64,000 nucleotides of DNA from Candidatus Nomurabacteria bacterium (GCA_020632095.1 JACKGF010000001.1:198549-262548), one strand, 5' to 3'; numbered from the stretch's first letter, positions 23,215 through 34,054 are shown. Made by a program: numbers and translations. Notes: a model not told the origin generated them from the sequence alone.

Positions 23215-23384
23215 AAACAAATGCAAAACACACCTTACATAACTATTTAAATTTATTCAAGCTTGATACATTGACTTTTTTTGCTTAAGATAGTGGAAAT
23301 AGGGAAGTAGGTTAAAATCTGGAGTCAAATCGACTCTTTTATTTAATAATACACATTTTTCTACTTAACAATTAACCAATCATC

Positions 23385-25328
23385 ATGACCGGAAACGACA
23401 TTCGCAAGAAATATTTAGATTTTATGGCTAAAAAAGGCCATGCGGTTATTCCGTCGTCGGCGCTGGTTCCGGAAAACGACCCGACCACACTCTTTACGGG
23501 AAGTGGTATGCAACCAATGGTTCCGTATTTGCTAGGGGAAACACACCCTAAAGGCACCCGAGTGACCGACTCTCAGAAATGTTTTCGAGCGGACGACATT
23601 GAGGAAGTAGGGGACAATCGTCACACCACTTTCTTTGAAATGCTTGGTAATTGGTCTTTTGGCGATTATTTCAAAGAAGAACAAATTTCTTGGATGTTTG
23701 AGTTCTTGACAGAAGAACTCAAACTAGATCCAAGTAGACTATATATAACAACCTTTGGTGGTGATGAAACGGCTGGTATTCCGCTTGATGAAGACGCGCC
23801 TAAATTTTGGCAAGCTCTTTTTGCTAAACAGGGTATAGAAGCTATAATCGCTAATATCGGTAGTGAGGCAGATGGCTACCAGAGGGGGATGCAGGAAGGA
23901 GAAAGAATCTTCTCTTATGAATCAAAGAAAAACTGGTGGAGTAGAGCTGGCGTTCCGTCCAATATGCCAGCTGGTGAGCCGGGTGGTCCTGATTCTGAAA
24001 TGTTTTATGACTTTGGTACCGAACACGATAAAAAATGGGGTGAACATTGTCATCCAAACTGTGACTGCGGTAGATTTGTCGAAATCGGCAACAACGTTTT
24101 TATGCAATACGTCAAAAATGACGACGGTACGTTTACAGAACTCAAAAACAAGAACATTGACTTTGGAGGGGGACTAGAGAGAATCGCAGCCGCGGTCAAT
24201 AATAATAGTGATGTTTTTAAAATTGATCTACTCTGGAAAGTAGTGGAACAAACTCAAACTCTGTCCGGCAAAAAGTACGAGGATAATCTAGAAGCCTTTA
24301 GAGTTATTACAGATCATATCCGTGGAGCAGTATTTATGATTGGCGATGGTATTGCGCCAGGTAACACAGAACAAGGTTACTTCGTTCGTCGATTATTACG
24401 TCGAGCGGTGCGTTTTGCAGACGTACTTGGAATCCCTGCGGGAGAGCTCAAAAACCTCGCTGAAAGCGTAATTTCGACTTATGAGAGCCACTATACCAAC
24501 CTAACAGACCAGCGGGAAGCAATAAAACGCGCCATAACACTAGAAGAGGAACAATTCCGAAAAACCTTAGAGAATGGTCTGAAACAATTCAACAAAATTT
24601 CTCTACAGATTCATGTTGAAACTACTATAATTGATGGGAAAAAGGTTATCGATAAGAGTAAACCGCCTGTTAGCATAAAGTCTATTAGTGCCGAAAATGC
24701 TTTTGAACTGTTTACCACCTATGGTTTTCCTATTGAGCTAACCGAGGAAATAGCCAAAGAAAAGGGATTAGTAGTCGATAAAGTTGGCTTTGAAAAACTA
24801 ATGGTCGAACACCGTGAAAAATCACGAGCAGGTGCTGAGCATAAATTCAAAGGGGGATTGGCCGACAATTCTGAAATAGTTGTTCAATACCACACTGTTA
24901 CCCACCTCATGTTGGCGGCCTTACGACATTTTCTTGGTAGCCACATTCACCAAGCTGGCTCTAACATTACTGGCGAGAGACTGCGTTTTGACTTTACTCA
25001 TCCAGAAAAAGTGGAGCGAGAAACATTGGATAAAATAGAAGACTGGGTAAATACTGCGATCAAAACTGGAGGGGAAGTAAGAATCGACATGATGTCGAAA
25101 ACTGAAGCTGAGGACGACCCTACGGTTGAAGGTAGTTTTTGGGACCGTTATCCAGATGAAGTTAAGGTTTATACTGTCACCGGAAATGACGGGACGGTCT
25201 TTTCACGTGAGTTGTGTGGTGGACCCCACGTGAACAAACTCGAAGAAATCACAGGTACTTTCAAAATTCAAAAAGAAGAATCATCCTCCGCTGGAGTCCG
25301 CCGTATCAAAGCTGTCTTACAAAAGTAA
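23385..25328 (+). CDS. alaS: alanyl-tRNA synthetase, short form lacking the C-terminal C-Ala/oligomerisation region
   Basis: Class II catalytic core (FRADDIEEVGDNRHTTFFEMLGNWSFGDYFK) and editing HxxxH motif HTVTHLMLAALRH. Only 647 aa. Confidence 0.9.
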   Translation: MTGNDIRKKYLDFMAKKGHAVIPSSALVPENDPTTLFTGSGMQPMVPYLLGETHPKGTRVTDSQKCFRADDIEEVGDNRHTTFFEMLGNWSFGDYFKEEQISWMFEFLTEELKLDPSRLYITTFGGDETAGIPLDEDAPKFWQALFAKQGIEAIIANIGSEADGYQRGMQEGERIFSYESKKNWWSRAGVPSNMPAGEPGGPDSEMFYDFGTEHDKKWGEHCHPNCDCGRFVEIGNNVFMQYVKNDDGTFTELKNKNIDFGGGLERIAAAVNNNSDVFKIDLLWKVVEQTQTLSGKKYEDNLEAFRVITDHIRGAVFMIGDGIAPGNTEQGYFVRRLLRRAVRFADVLGIPAGELKNLAESVISTYESHYTNLTDQREAIKRAITLEEEQFRKTLENGLKQFNKISLQIHVETTIIDGKKVIDKSKPPVSIKSISAENAFELFTTYGFPIELTEEIAKEKGLVVDKVGFEKLMVEHREKSRAGAEHKFKGGLADNSEIVVQYHTVTHLMLAALRHFLGSHIHQAGSNITGERLRFDFTHPEKVERETLDKIEDWVNTAIKTGGEVRIDMMSKTEAEDDPTVEGSFWDRYPDEVKVYTVTGNDGTVFSRELCGGPHVNKLEEITGTFKIQKEESSSAGVRRIKAVLQK

Positions 25329-25374
25329 ATATCCCACAAAAACACATGTGGGGGTCAATTATCGATTCAAGACC

Positions 25375-25383
25375 TGATATAAT
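25375..25383 (+). promoter_or_regulatory. extended -10 TGaTATAAT 6 nt upstream of ATG (leaderless-type)
   Basis: Read directly upstream of the 25390 gene. Confidence 0.35.
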
Positions 25384-25389
25384 AAGAAC

Positions 25390-26622
25390 ATGTCATTTTT
25401 TGGACTAAAAATTTCTTCCGACCGTTACGGGGTAGTTATTGATATTGGCTCCGGTAGCGTCTTAGCGTCAATAGTCCACTCAAACTCCAAGCTTGCTAAC
25501 CCGACTATCGTCTGGTCTCACCGAGAACATGCCCCCTTGCGTAATATAGACTCTTTAGAACAAAGCTCAAAAGCAGTTTTAACATCACTTGTAAATGTTT
25601 CAATGATGCTTGATGCCGAAGGCAGAAAAGTATTATATGACTACGATAGTAGTGCCAAACTTACCGAACTCCAGTGCGCTATCTCCGCTCCTTGGTCATA
25701 TACTGTAACCAAAACCATCAACTACAACCAAGAAAATGATTTTACCATCACTGAAAATCTGATGGGAGATTTAATGATCGCAGTTCAAGAAAAAATAACT
25801 CATGAACTTAATGAAAATGAAGAGGTTAACAATCTTGGTCTTGAGGTTATTGTTCAATCAACCATGGAGATTCTTAGTAACGGTTACCGAGTTAAGAACC
25901 CAGAAGGGGAGCGAGCAAAACAATTTTCACTTTCCTACGCTAGTGCCGTCGCTCAAAAATACCTAGTTAATGCCATTGACGAAATGTGGAGTAAACTCTT
26001 CGTAGGAACAATCAACAAAAAACTCTCATTTATAATGGTTTTGTATAACATAACCAGAGAAATTCTTCCTAACTCATACGATGTTTGTCTAGTCGATATT
26101 ACCTACGAAGCCACCGAAATCGGGATTGTACGTGACGGGTCACTACAGTACTGCACTCATACTCCTTTCGGCATTTTTTCACTAACTAGAGAGATTTCAG
26201 CCATCACTGGAGTTCCCCTACACGAAGCTTTTGGATATTTACACTCTGATACCCCATACTCATTCATGAAAGCTCTTACCGAATCTAAAAAAATGGAAGT
26301 GGAAAAAGTTTTTGACGCCTACATTGAAAAAGTCAGTAATCTTTTCCATGAAACTGGCGACGATCTTTCAATTCCTAAAAAGATTTCACTCCACACCGAT
26401 CTTAATAGTGAACCGATATTTTTAGACTTGATAGAGAAAGCCGCTAAACGAAATCTCAAAACCAACCCGCTCATAACTCCTATCTCAAGAGAAATCGTTC
26501 GAAAATTCTACGCCCCAACCACTAATACTTCTCCTATTAACATCCCGACTGATACCGCTCTACTACTGTCGGCGCAGTTTTTCCACAAACCAAACCCTGA
26601 GCAAACTTATGAGTACAAATAA
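25390..26622 (+). CDS. actin-fold ATPase (FtsA/PilM-like)
   Basis: Phosphate-1-like VVIDIGSGSV and phosphate-2-like CLVDITYEATEIGIV motifs. Confidence 0.35.
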   Translation: MSFFGLKISSDRYGVVIDIGSGSVLASIVHSNSKLANPTIVWSHREHAPLRNIDSLEQSSKAVLTSLVNVSMMLDAEGRKVLYDYDSSAKLTELQCAISAPWSYTVTKTINYNQENDFTITENLMGDLMIAVQEKITHELNENEEVNNLGLEVIVQSTMEILSNGYRVKNPEGERAKQFSLSYASAVAQKYLVNAIDEMWSKLFVGTINKKLSFIMVLYNITREILPNSYDVCLVDITYEATEIGIVRDGSLQYCTHTPFGIFSLTREISAITGVPLHEAFGYLHSDTPYSFMKALTESKKMEVEKVFDAYIEKVSNLFHETGDDLSIPKKISLHTDLNSEPIFLDLIEKAAKRNLKTNPLITPISREIVRKFYAPTTNTSPINIPTDTALLLSAQFFHKPNPEQTYEYK

Positions 26623-26646
26623 GGAGCTATACTGTAATATATACCT

Positions 26647-27990
26647 ATGACACAAAAATGGAATTTACAAGACATTCGACCTGCTGAACCGCGTAAGCGT
26701 AGAATGCCACCAAAAGAAGTAAGAGAAATGCAAACCAATGAAAATGGTGTTGTTTCTAGACCAGCCGAAAGAGAACATATTCCAAGTATTATTATTGAAG
26801 ATGGTCGAAAAAAAGATTCTAATCGCTTAATTATCTCAATTATTCTTTTTGTTGTTATTGTGGGTGGAGCAGTCGGACTCAGTGCCATACTAGGCAAGAC
26901 TGAACTAACTGTCTACCCAGAATACCGCGAACCAAATATTAATGCAGAATTTACCGCCTACCCAGACAAACGTACCGGTTCACTAAGTTACGAAATAATG
27001 ACCCTAGAAGCTACTAGTGAAAGTCAGGTCAAAGCCTCCGGAAAAGTTGAAGTGAAGGAATTAGCAACTGGAATGATAGAAATCATCAAGACCACTCCGG
27101 GTGCTGAAAGATTAATTAAGAACACTAGATTTCGTACTCCAGCTGGTCTAGTTTACCGAATCAAAGAATCAGTGGTTGTACCAGGCGCTGTAAAAGACGG
27201 TGAAGGTGCTTCTGTACCAGGTACTATTCAAGCTGAAGTATTCGCCGATGAAGTAGGTGAACAATATAATGTTTCTGCAGGAACCACCTTTGATGTTCCA
27301 GGCTTCAAAGAAGGAGGCTTTACCGACCTATACAACGCCATTTCTGCTCGCAATACAGTACCTTTTAGCAATGGCTTCGATGGTCCACAGTTCCAAATTG
27401 ACGAAAGCGAACTAAACACGGCTCGACAACAACTTCAGGTTGACCTTAGAAATAATTTGTTAGCTAGAATCGACACGGAAAAACCAGCTGATTTTATAGC
27501 TTTCAAAGACGCAGTTGCAATTACCTATAATCAATTAACCCCGGTTCAAAACGGCCAGGACTTAGTGACGATCAGAGAGCAAGCTATTCTACAAATTCCA
27601 CTTTTCCAAGCCATTGAATTTGGTTCATTCTTAGCCCAAGAATCAGTCACTACTTATGAAGGTAACCCGGTTCGGGTCGACGACCCGTCGGTTCTAACAT
27701 TCCGCTACACATCAGCTACTACTAGCTCTAGTGTAATAGCCAATGAGCCGTCATTGACCTTTAATTTATCTGGAAAACCTTTGCTTATATGGGAATATGA
27801 TATAGAAAAACTTAAGAAAGACTTAGCCGGATTACCTAAGACGGCTATCAATAACGCTATTTTGGCCTACCCAGGAATCGACGGAGCTAAGGTCCACATA
27901 ACACCATTCTGGCAGCGAACTTTCGCTGAGAAACCTGAGGATATTTTAGTCGTAGAAGAACTGAAGCAAATTCAGAAGCCAACCGAGTAA
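26647..27990 (+). CDS. bitopic membrane protein with large extracytoplasmic domain, hypothetical
   Basis: Charged N-terminus, a single TM (LIISIILFVVIVGGAVGL), then a long soluble domain. Confidence 0.5.
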   Translation: MTQKWNLQDIRPAEPRKRRMPPKEVREMQTNENGVVSRPAEREHIPSIIIEDGRKKDSNRLIISIILFVVIVGGAVGLSAILGKTELTVYPEYREPNINAEFTAYPDKRTGSLSYEIMTLEATSESQVKASGKVEVKELATGMIEIIKTTPGAERLIKNTRFRTPAGLVYRIKESVVVPGAVKDGEGASVPGTIQAEVFADEVGEQYNVSAGTTFDVPGFKEGGFTDLYNAISARNTVPFSNGFDGPQFQIDESELNTARQQLQVDLRNNLLARIDTEKPADFIAFKDAVAITYNQLTPVQNGQDLVTIREQAILQIPLFQAIEFGSFLAQESVTTYEGNPVRVDDPSVLTFRYTSATTSSSVIANEPSLTFNLSGKPLLIWEYDIEKLKKDLAGLPKTAINNAILAYPGIDGAKVHITPFWQRTFAEKPEDILVVEELKQIQKPTE

Positions 27991-28059
27991 ATTACCCACA
28001 CCCATCATCCGTCATTAGTTGACGGATGATGTTATATTTGTTAGACTCACCCTCGTTTA

Positions 28060-28287
28060 ATGGATCAAGACATATCAGCGGTTAAAGACGACTTAGTATA
28101 CGGTGTTGTAGACGAAGCTCTACCTAACGCACTTTTTCGTGTCACAGTAGAAGGGTCGGATGAGACTGTTCTTGCTTATCTAGCCGGACGAATGCGAAGA
28201 TTTCGTATTCGAGTACTGGTTGGAGACAAAGTTGGCATGGTAACCGATCCATACGGAGGTAAAGCAAGAATCACAAAACGTCTCTAA
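28060..28287 (+). CDS. infA: translation initiation factor IF-1
   Basis: S1-like fold sequence ([14 protein letters not shown]...[13 protein letters not shown]). Operon context. Confidence 0.9.
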   Translation: MDQDISAVKDDLVYGVVDEALPNALFRVTVEGSDETVLAYLAGRMRRFRIRVLVGDKVGMVTDPYGGKARITKRL

Positions 28288-28297
28288 AAAAGCATTT

Positions 28298-28414
28298 ATG
28301 AAAGTACGATCATCAGTAAAAAAAATGAGTCCGGACGACAAAATCGTCAAACGACGAGGTGTTGTTTTTGTTATTAACAAAAAGAAGCCCCGACATAAGC
28401 AAAGACAAGGTTAA
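28298..28414 (+). CDS. rpmJ: ribosomal protein L36, zinc-ribbon-less variant
   Basis: [38 protein letters not shown] aligns with L36. The usual Cys/His ligands are replaced by S/D/N. It was missed by the ORF track because it is shorter than the cutoff. Confidence 0.85.
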   Translation: MKVRSSVKKMSPDDKIVKRRGVVFVINKKKPRHKQRQG

Positions 28415-28421
28415 AAAATAT

Positions 28422-28799
28422 ATGAGAATTTCTGGTATTACAATTCCTGACGAAAAACAATTAGCTTACGCACTAACCGCTGTGTTTGGTATTGGTCTAT
28501 CTCGTTCAAAGGATATCCTCGATGAACTCTCTATCGAGCAAACAAAAAAAGCAACCGACCTAACCACTGACGAAGAAAACGCGATTCGCGAAAAAATCGA
28601 GGCTTTTACAACCGAAGGTGAGCTTAAGAGACTTGTAGCTGCTAATATTAAGCGTCTTAAAGACATCGGTTCATACCGCGGTTCAAGACACGCTAAGCGA
28701 CTACCAGCTCGTGGTCAGCGTTCTAAGACTAACGCACGTACTCTAAAGGGTGCTAAGAAGACTATGGGAAGTGGACGACGTAAGCTCGAAAAGACTTAA
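28422..28799 (+). CDS. rpsM: ribosomal protein S13
   Basis: MRISGITIPDEKQLAYALTAVFGIG. The track ORF starts 63 nt upstream inside rpmJ. Confidence 0.9.
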   Translation: MRISGITIPDEKQLAYALTAVFGIGLSRSKDILDELSIEQTKKATDLTTDEENAIREKIEAFTTEGELKRLVAANIKRLKDIGSYRGSRHAKRLPARGQRSKTNARTLKGAKKTMGSGRRKLEKT

Positions 28800-28833
28800 T
28801 ATTTATTCATCAATTTCATTAACGTAACGACAC

Positions 28834-29265
28834 ATGGGTAAGAAACGTATCATGAAGAAGAGTGGGGGTTCTGATGTAGCGGGTACATCACGAGCGCTCA
28901 ATCGAATTCCAAAACGAAAGTTAGCAACTGGAAAACTAAACATCCTAGCTACTTTTAATAACACCTTATTAACTCTCTGCGATCAGAAAGGTAATACAGT
29001 TATGGCTGCTTCTAGTGGAGCGCTAGGGTTCAAAGGTTCTCGTAAGAGTACACCTTTTGCTGCCGCTAAGGTTGGTGAAATAATCGGTGAAAAAGCTCAG
29101 CAAATGGGCATGAAGGACGCTGAAGTAGTTGTTCGTGGAGTCGGCGCTGGTCGAGAGTCAGCTCTCCGAGCATTTTCTGGAAAAGGTATCGGTATCATCA
29201 AGATTTCTGATATGACCCCAGTACCATTTAATGGCCCACGTGCTCCTAAGTCACGTCGAGTATAG
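28834..29265 (+). CDS. rpsK: ribosomal protein S11
   Basis: Conserved S11 core sequence. Confidence 0.9.
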   Translation: MGKKRIMKKSGGSDVAGTSRALNRIPKRKLATGKLNILATFNNTLLTLCDQKGNTVMAASSGALGFKGSRKSTPFAAAKVGEIIGEKAQQMGMKDAEVVVRGVGAGRESALRAFSGKGIGIIKISDMTPVPFNGPRAPKSRRV

Positions 29266-29275
29266 TTTTTATTTT

Positions 29276-29887
29276 ATGAAAATCGGACCAAGATTCAAAA
29301 TTGCCAAGCGACTCGGAGCCCCAATCTTCGAGAAAACTCAAACTCCTAAGTTTGAATTATCTGTCGCTAGAAGCGCAAACCAACGCCGAGGACGACGTCC
29401 AGGTCAAATGAGTGACTACAAACGTCAACTTACAGAAAAGCAAAAAATGCGATTCACTTACGGAATCACAGAAAAGCAACTGCGACGTTACGTTGATAAT
29501 GCTGTAGAAAAAAGTCACCAACCGGTAGCGGTACTGATGGCTCGTCTAGAAACTCGTCTAGACAGTGTTATTTACCGAATGGGTCTAGCCAAAACTCGTC
29601 GTCTAGCTCGTCAAATCGCTTCTCATGGGCACATCTGTGTTAATGGTAAGAAGATGACCATTCCTTCACACAAAGTTAAAGTTGGTGATGTTATATCTAT
29701 CCGTGAGGGTAGTCGTCAAACTGGACTCTTTGTAAACCTAGGTGAAACCTACGAAGCTACTGCGGTACCAAGCTGGTTGACCTACGATGTGAAGAAAATG
29801 GAGGGAGCGATGAAAGCAGAACCAGTCTTTACTGCAACTGAAGCCTTGTTTGATCCAGAACAGGTGATGGAATATTACAGTCGATAG
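29276..29887 (+). CDS. rpsD: ribosomal protein S4
   Basis: Start reassigned to ATG 29276, after the rpsK stop. S4 N-terminus and S4 RNA-binding domain are present. Confidence 0.9.
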   Translation: MKIGPRFKIAKRLGAPIFEKTQTPKFELSVARSANQRRGRRPGQMSDYKRQLTEKQKMRFTYGITEKQLRRYVDNAVEKSHQPVAVLMARLETRLDSVIYRMGLAKTRRLARQIASHGHICVNGKKMTIPSHKVKVGDVISIREGSRQTGLFVNLGETYEATAVPSWLTYDVKKMEGAMKAEPVFTATEALFDPEQVMEYYSR

Positions 29888-29928
29888 GATTAGAGGTTTA
29901 CAAATAATAATTAAGTTCAAATACAATT

Positions 29929-30888
29929 ATGTTGGAAACAAATGTCACTCTCCCATCAAAGCCCCGGGTTATCTCTGAGGAGAACAACCACGGTATCTTT
30001 GAAATCGACGGCCTTTACCCTGGCTACGGTCATACTCTTGGTAATTCACTACGTCGAATCATCCTGTCTTCACTACCAGGAGCAGCTATTACGCAAGTAA
30101 AAATTGACGGTGCTGAACATGAATTCTCTACTCTAAGCGGGGTAAAAGAAGATGTTATCACTATCTTACTCAATCTTAGAAAGGTCCGTTTGCACATGCA
30201 CTCAGACGACCCTATGGTTATCACTCTCAAGAAGAGTGGTGCTGGTATGGTCACAGCAGCCGATATTGATGCTCCTTCACAAATTGAAATCCTTAACGGA
30301 GATCAACATATCTGTGAAATTACTAATGGCAGCACTAAGCTAAACATCGAAATAACTATAGAACGAGGTCTTGGTTATGTACCACGTGAAGTTCACCAAA
30401 AGAACAAGATGGAAATCGGAGCAATCGCGCTAGATGCTGTCTTTACACCTATCCGTCGCGCTAACTACGAAGTAGAGAACATGCGTGTTGGAGACCGAAC
30501 TGACTACAACCGACTTCGAGTCACTATCGAAACTGATGGCACCTACACTGCCAAGGAAGCGCTTGAGAAAGCAATTGAAATCATGATTCATCAACTAAAG
30601 TCAATCATCGGTTTCCAAGATCAACATCAAGAGACTGCCGCACCTGCGGTTGAAGTAACTGAAACAAAATCAGAAGAACCAGATCAAGAAGTACTCAAAA
30701 CTCGGATTGAAACACTTGATTTGACCAGTCGAACATTACAAGCACTTGAGGAAGCAAGTATCCGAACTATCGGAGGACTTGTGCGAAAGAAAAAAGATGA
30801 TATTCTAGCGCTCGATGGGATTGGACCAAAAGGTCTAACCGAAATCGAGGATCTCCTCGCTAAGATGAAGCTCAAACTAGAAAGTTAA
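29929..30888 (+). CDS. rpoA: DNA-directed RNA polymerase alpha subunit
   Basis: N-terminal dimerisation-domain signature (GHTLGNSLRRIILSSLPG). Confidence 0.95.
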   Translation: MLETNVTLPSKPRVISEENNHGIFEIDGLYPGYGHTLGNSLRRIILSSLPGAAITQVKIDGAEHEFSTLSGVKEDVITILLNLRKVRLHMHSDDPMVITLKKSGAGMVTAADIDAPSQIEILNGDQHICEITNGSTKLNIEITIERGLGYVPREVHQKNKMEIGAIALDAVFTPIRRANYEVENMRVGDRTDYNRLRVTIETDGTYTAKEALEKAIEIMIHQLKSIIGFQDQHQETAAPAVEVTETKSEEPDQEVLKTRIETLDLTSRTLQALEEASIRTIGGLVRKKKDDILALDGIGPKGLTEIEDLLAKMKLKLES

Positions 30889-30892
30889 TTTT

Positions 30893-31249
30893 ATGAGACA
30901 CTCAAACAACACACGAACCCTCAGCCGATCAAGAAGTCAGCGAACCGCTCTGATTAGTGGTTTGGCGGTGTCTCTTATCAGAGACGGACAAATCAAGACA
31001 ACTTTAGCTAAAGCTAAAGAACTACAGCCAAACATCGAACGACTAATCACTCACGCAAAAACTAATACAGTTCAAGCGCGTCGTCTGGTTGCGTCTAGAT
31101 TAGGTGAGCCGAAAGACGAAATAATCCAAAAGCTTTTTACTATTATTGCACCTACTTTTTCAGAAAGAAACGGTGGTTACACCAGAGTTATTAAACTCGG
31201 AAATACTTCACCTGGTCGCGAGGAAGCTATAATTGCTTTTGTTGAATAA
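30893..31249 (+). CDS. rplQ: ribosomal protein L17
   Basis: L17 signature and operon position. Confidence 0.9.
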   Translation: MRHSNNTRTLSRSRSQRTALISGLAVSLIRDGQIKTTLAKAKELQPNIERLITHAKTNTVQARRLVASRLGEPKDEIIQKLFTIIAPTFSERNGGYTRVIKLGNTSPGREEAIIAFVE

Positions 31250-31254
31250 TTATT

Positions 31255-31614
31255 ATGACTACCGAAACTACTAACAAACGAATCATTGATGCAACCGGGA
31301 AGCGCCTAGGAAAGGTAGCTACAGAAGCTGCGGTCATCATGATGGGCAAGGACCAGCCAAATTTTGCTAAGCACATCATAGCTGATGTTGAAGTCGAGAT
31401 TACAAATGTGAGCAAGCTTGATATTCCAGAAGGAAAGAAAGGTGAAATCTATCAAAGTTATTCCGGATACCCAGGGGGAAGAAAAACAGAAACTTTAATT
31501 CATCTTGCCGAACGACGTGGCTACGATGAGGTCGTGCGACGAACTGTTGGTGGCATGCTTCCAGACAACAAACACAAGAAGCGTCTATTGGCCAAATTAG
31601 TAATCACTGAATAA
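31255..31614 (+). CDS. rplM: ribosomal protein L13
   Basis: L13 signature. Confidence 0.9.
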   Translation: MTTETTNKRIIDATGKRLGKVATEAAVIMMGKDQPNFAKHIIADVEVEITNVSKLDIPEGKKGEIYQSYSGYPGGRKTETLIHLAERRGYDEVVRRTVGGMLPDNKHKKRLLAKLVITE

Positions 31615-31621
31615 ATTTATT

Positions 31622-32032
31622 ATGTCCGCAACTAAAACAGTAGTCTATGTAGAAGGAATTGGACGTCGCAAGACGGCTTCTGCGAGAGTGCGACTAACTC
31701 CAGCTTCTGCTACCGTAATTACCGTTAACGGTAAGGAGTTGAATGCCTATTTTCAAAATCTATCACACCAAAAGGATGTTCAGTCAGTACTAGATACTAA
31801 GGACGCTGGGATCGAAAACTACACTATCTCAGCTCACGTAGTGGGAGGAGGAATTTCTTCACAAGCGGAAGCAATTCGTCTTGGTATTGCACGCGCCCTA
31901 GTAAAAGAGAAAGCTAGTCGACGTGGTGCCCTCAAGGCCGAAGGCTTCCTAATGCGCGACCCACGTTCAGTCGAACGAAAGAAGTTCGGTCTCCGCAAAG
32001 CCCGCAAGCGACCAGCCTGGTCAAAACGATAG
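31622..32032 (+). CDS. rpsI: ribosomal protein S9
   Basis: C-terminal ...RKARKRPAWSKR. Confidence 0.9.
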   Translation: MSATKTVVYVEGIGRRKTASARVRLTPASATVITVNGKELNAYFQNLSHQKDVQSVLDTKDAGIENYTISAHVVGGGISSQAEAIRLGIARALVKEKASRRGALKAEGFLMRDPRSVERKKFGLRKARKRPAWSKR

Positions 32033-32161
32033 CAATTTGTCGTTTTGTCCGATTCTGACGTGAGTCAGGAATTCACGATGACGTCTAGGCAAGGGAATAG
32101 AAGGGAATTACTCACCACAAAAATACCTGTCAGACAAAGTTAATTCAAGAAATCTGAAAAC

Positions 32162-32184
32162 GCTCCCCCTTAGGGAGCTTTTTT
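32162..32184 (+). terminator. rho-independent terminator after the ribosomal protein cluster
   Basis: gctccc-cctta-gggagc followed by tttttt. Confidence 0.6.
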
Positions 32185-32360
32185 AGCTAGTTATCGGTTC
32201 TCATATTTTGAGAACAAACCAGCGTCTCTATGTTTCAGACGCTATTCTAGTAAACTATGTAAAATTTGGTAAAAAATATACCCATTCAAAAATATTGTAA
32301 AAACTCTAAATAGATGTGTGTTATTATTTTATGGTTAACTATAATAATCATTCTGTCGGT

Positions 32361-33764
32361 ATGTCTTTACGAAAATCACTAGCTTTAGTTTGTGCTGCAC
32401 TCATTATTATTTCAAGTATTCCTTCAGTTGTTAAGGCAGAAGGAAAGGTGCCAAATGTTGAATCATCACAGGATCAGGACGTCAGTCAAAAAAAAGCGGC
32501 AAAATTAGCTAAGCCTTTTGAAAATAAAAAACCACAAGTATCAGTAACAACTAGTCCTTCTGTTGCTCGGAGTTTTATTTCTAGTGCTAGTGCAGTTGTG
32601 AATGAAAATTTAATCCCCAATGGAGATTTAGAGGACATGACTGGAGAAGAACCGACTTCATGGGGTAGAGGTGGATATGGTCAGAATGTACGTGAATATA
32701 CCTATCCGGTTGCTGGTTCAGGTGGTATAGGTAAGGCTGCTCAAGTATCTATGTCAGAATATACAGACGGAGATGCGCGATGGTACTTTACACCCCTAAC
32801 TCTTTCGCCAGGAGAATATGTATATACCGACATATTTAGCTCAGATATCCCAACTATCATTGAACTTCAACTAAAAAAAGCTGATGGTAGTTATTCATAC
32901 ACAGACATAAAATTTCTTACAGCAACAAACGGTTTTGAAACTAGTTCCGTTAATTTTGTAGTACCAGCCGGTACACAAGATGTTACGGTATACCATTTGA
33001 TCCAAGAGGTTGGAACACTTACTTTAGATTCAGCAACCCTTACGGCTGTTGAGGAAGTTCCTCCACCTCCACCACCTGTTCCAGTACCACACCAAGGAAT
33101 CTTTCAAACCGGGGGTGTCTCTTTACGCTTCGATGATGGTTGGTTATCACAATACACCGCTGCACTACCAGCCATAAAAGAGGCAGGCTTCAAAGCGACT
33201 TTTTACATCACGACACAACAAATTTTTGATAACGGCTACGATGGATTTGTTAGTATTCAACAGATAAAAAATCTTTACGCTGATGGCATGGAAATTGGTA
33301 ATCATACCCGCACCCATCCACACTTAACAGATTTGACAGCTCGACAACAAAAAGCAGAAATAACTGGTGCCTCAAAAGATTTAGCTTCATGGGGAATTCC
33401 GTCAGTAGCCAGTGTTGCATATCCTTATGGAGAATACAACAATACAACGATAAACAAAGTAAAGAAAGATGGTCTTAAAAGTGGAGCTACGACCAATAAC
33501 GGCAGCGTAAACCCATACACAAATCCGTATGTTTTAAACGGTAGTACGGTACTCAAGACAGATTCAGTAGCAAACGTCAAAAACAGGATTGATGCAGCGA
33601 TGGAAAACAAGGAGTGGTTAATCCTTTCGTTTCATAGAATAGACTACAGTGGTGATCTTTATAGCTATACACCTGAAGACTTCTCAGCCGTCATAGATTA
33701 CTTAAAATCTCAAAAAGTACCTGTAGTGACAGTTTCTACCGGAGTAAAGGATTTGGAAGTTTAA
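32361..33764 (+). CDS. secreted polysaccharide deacetylase (NodB domain) with N-terminal beta-rich domain and poly-Pro linker
   Basis: Signal peptide MSLRKSLALVCAALIIISSIPSVVKA. PPPPPVPVP linker. NodB motifs FDDGW and GNHTRTHPH. The track ORF starts 45 nt upstream. Confidence 0.75.
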   Translation: MSLRKSLALVCAALIIISSIPSVVKAEGKVPNVESSQDQDVSQKKAAKLAKPFENKKPQVSVTTSPSVARSFISSASAVVNENLIPNGDLEDMTGEEPTSWGRGGYGQNVREYTYPVAGSGGIGKAAQVSMSEYTDGDARWYFTPLTLSPGEYVYTDIFSSDIPTIIELQLKKADGSYSYTDIKFLTATNGFETSSVNFVVPAGTQDVTVYHLIQEVGTLTLDSATLTAVEEVPPPPPPVPVPHQGIFQTGGVSLRFDDGWLSQYTAALPAIKEAGFKATFYITTQQIFDNGYDGFVSIQQIKNLYADGMEIGNHTRTHPHLTDLTARQQKAEITGASKDLASWGIPSVASVAYPYGEYNNTTINKVKKDGLKSGATTNNGSVNPYTNPYVLNGSTVLKTDSVANVKNRIDAAMENKEWLILSFHRIDYSGDLYSYTPEDFSAVIDYLKSQKVPVVTVSTGVKDLEV

Positions 33765-33976
33765 TTTATTATCTCTTATATGACCAGGTAATTAAATACT
33801 TTTAAACTTCATACTGTTCAGAGTGACAGTATTAATCACACCTAGCACTTCTGCATTAAGTGTGATTTTTTAGTTACTATTATGCAAGCATGGTTAGTTT
33901 CATAAACAGAACAATCAATCATTGTCCGCTCTCTTATAGTTTCCTTAGGCAGGACCTAGGGATTACTTAATCTTGA

Positions 33977-34005
33977 CTAGTGACATTTTACACTTTCTGT
34001 TTTAT
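33977..34005 (+). promoter_or_regulatory. candidate promoter GTGACA-N17-TATACT
   Basis: Read upstream of the 34055 gene. Confidence 0.3.
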
Positions 34006-34054
34006 ACTCACACGCAGTAGCACACCTATAGACAACAAACTTGAGGGGTAAAAA

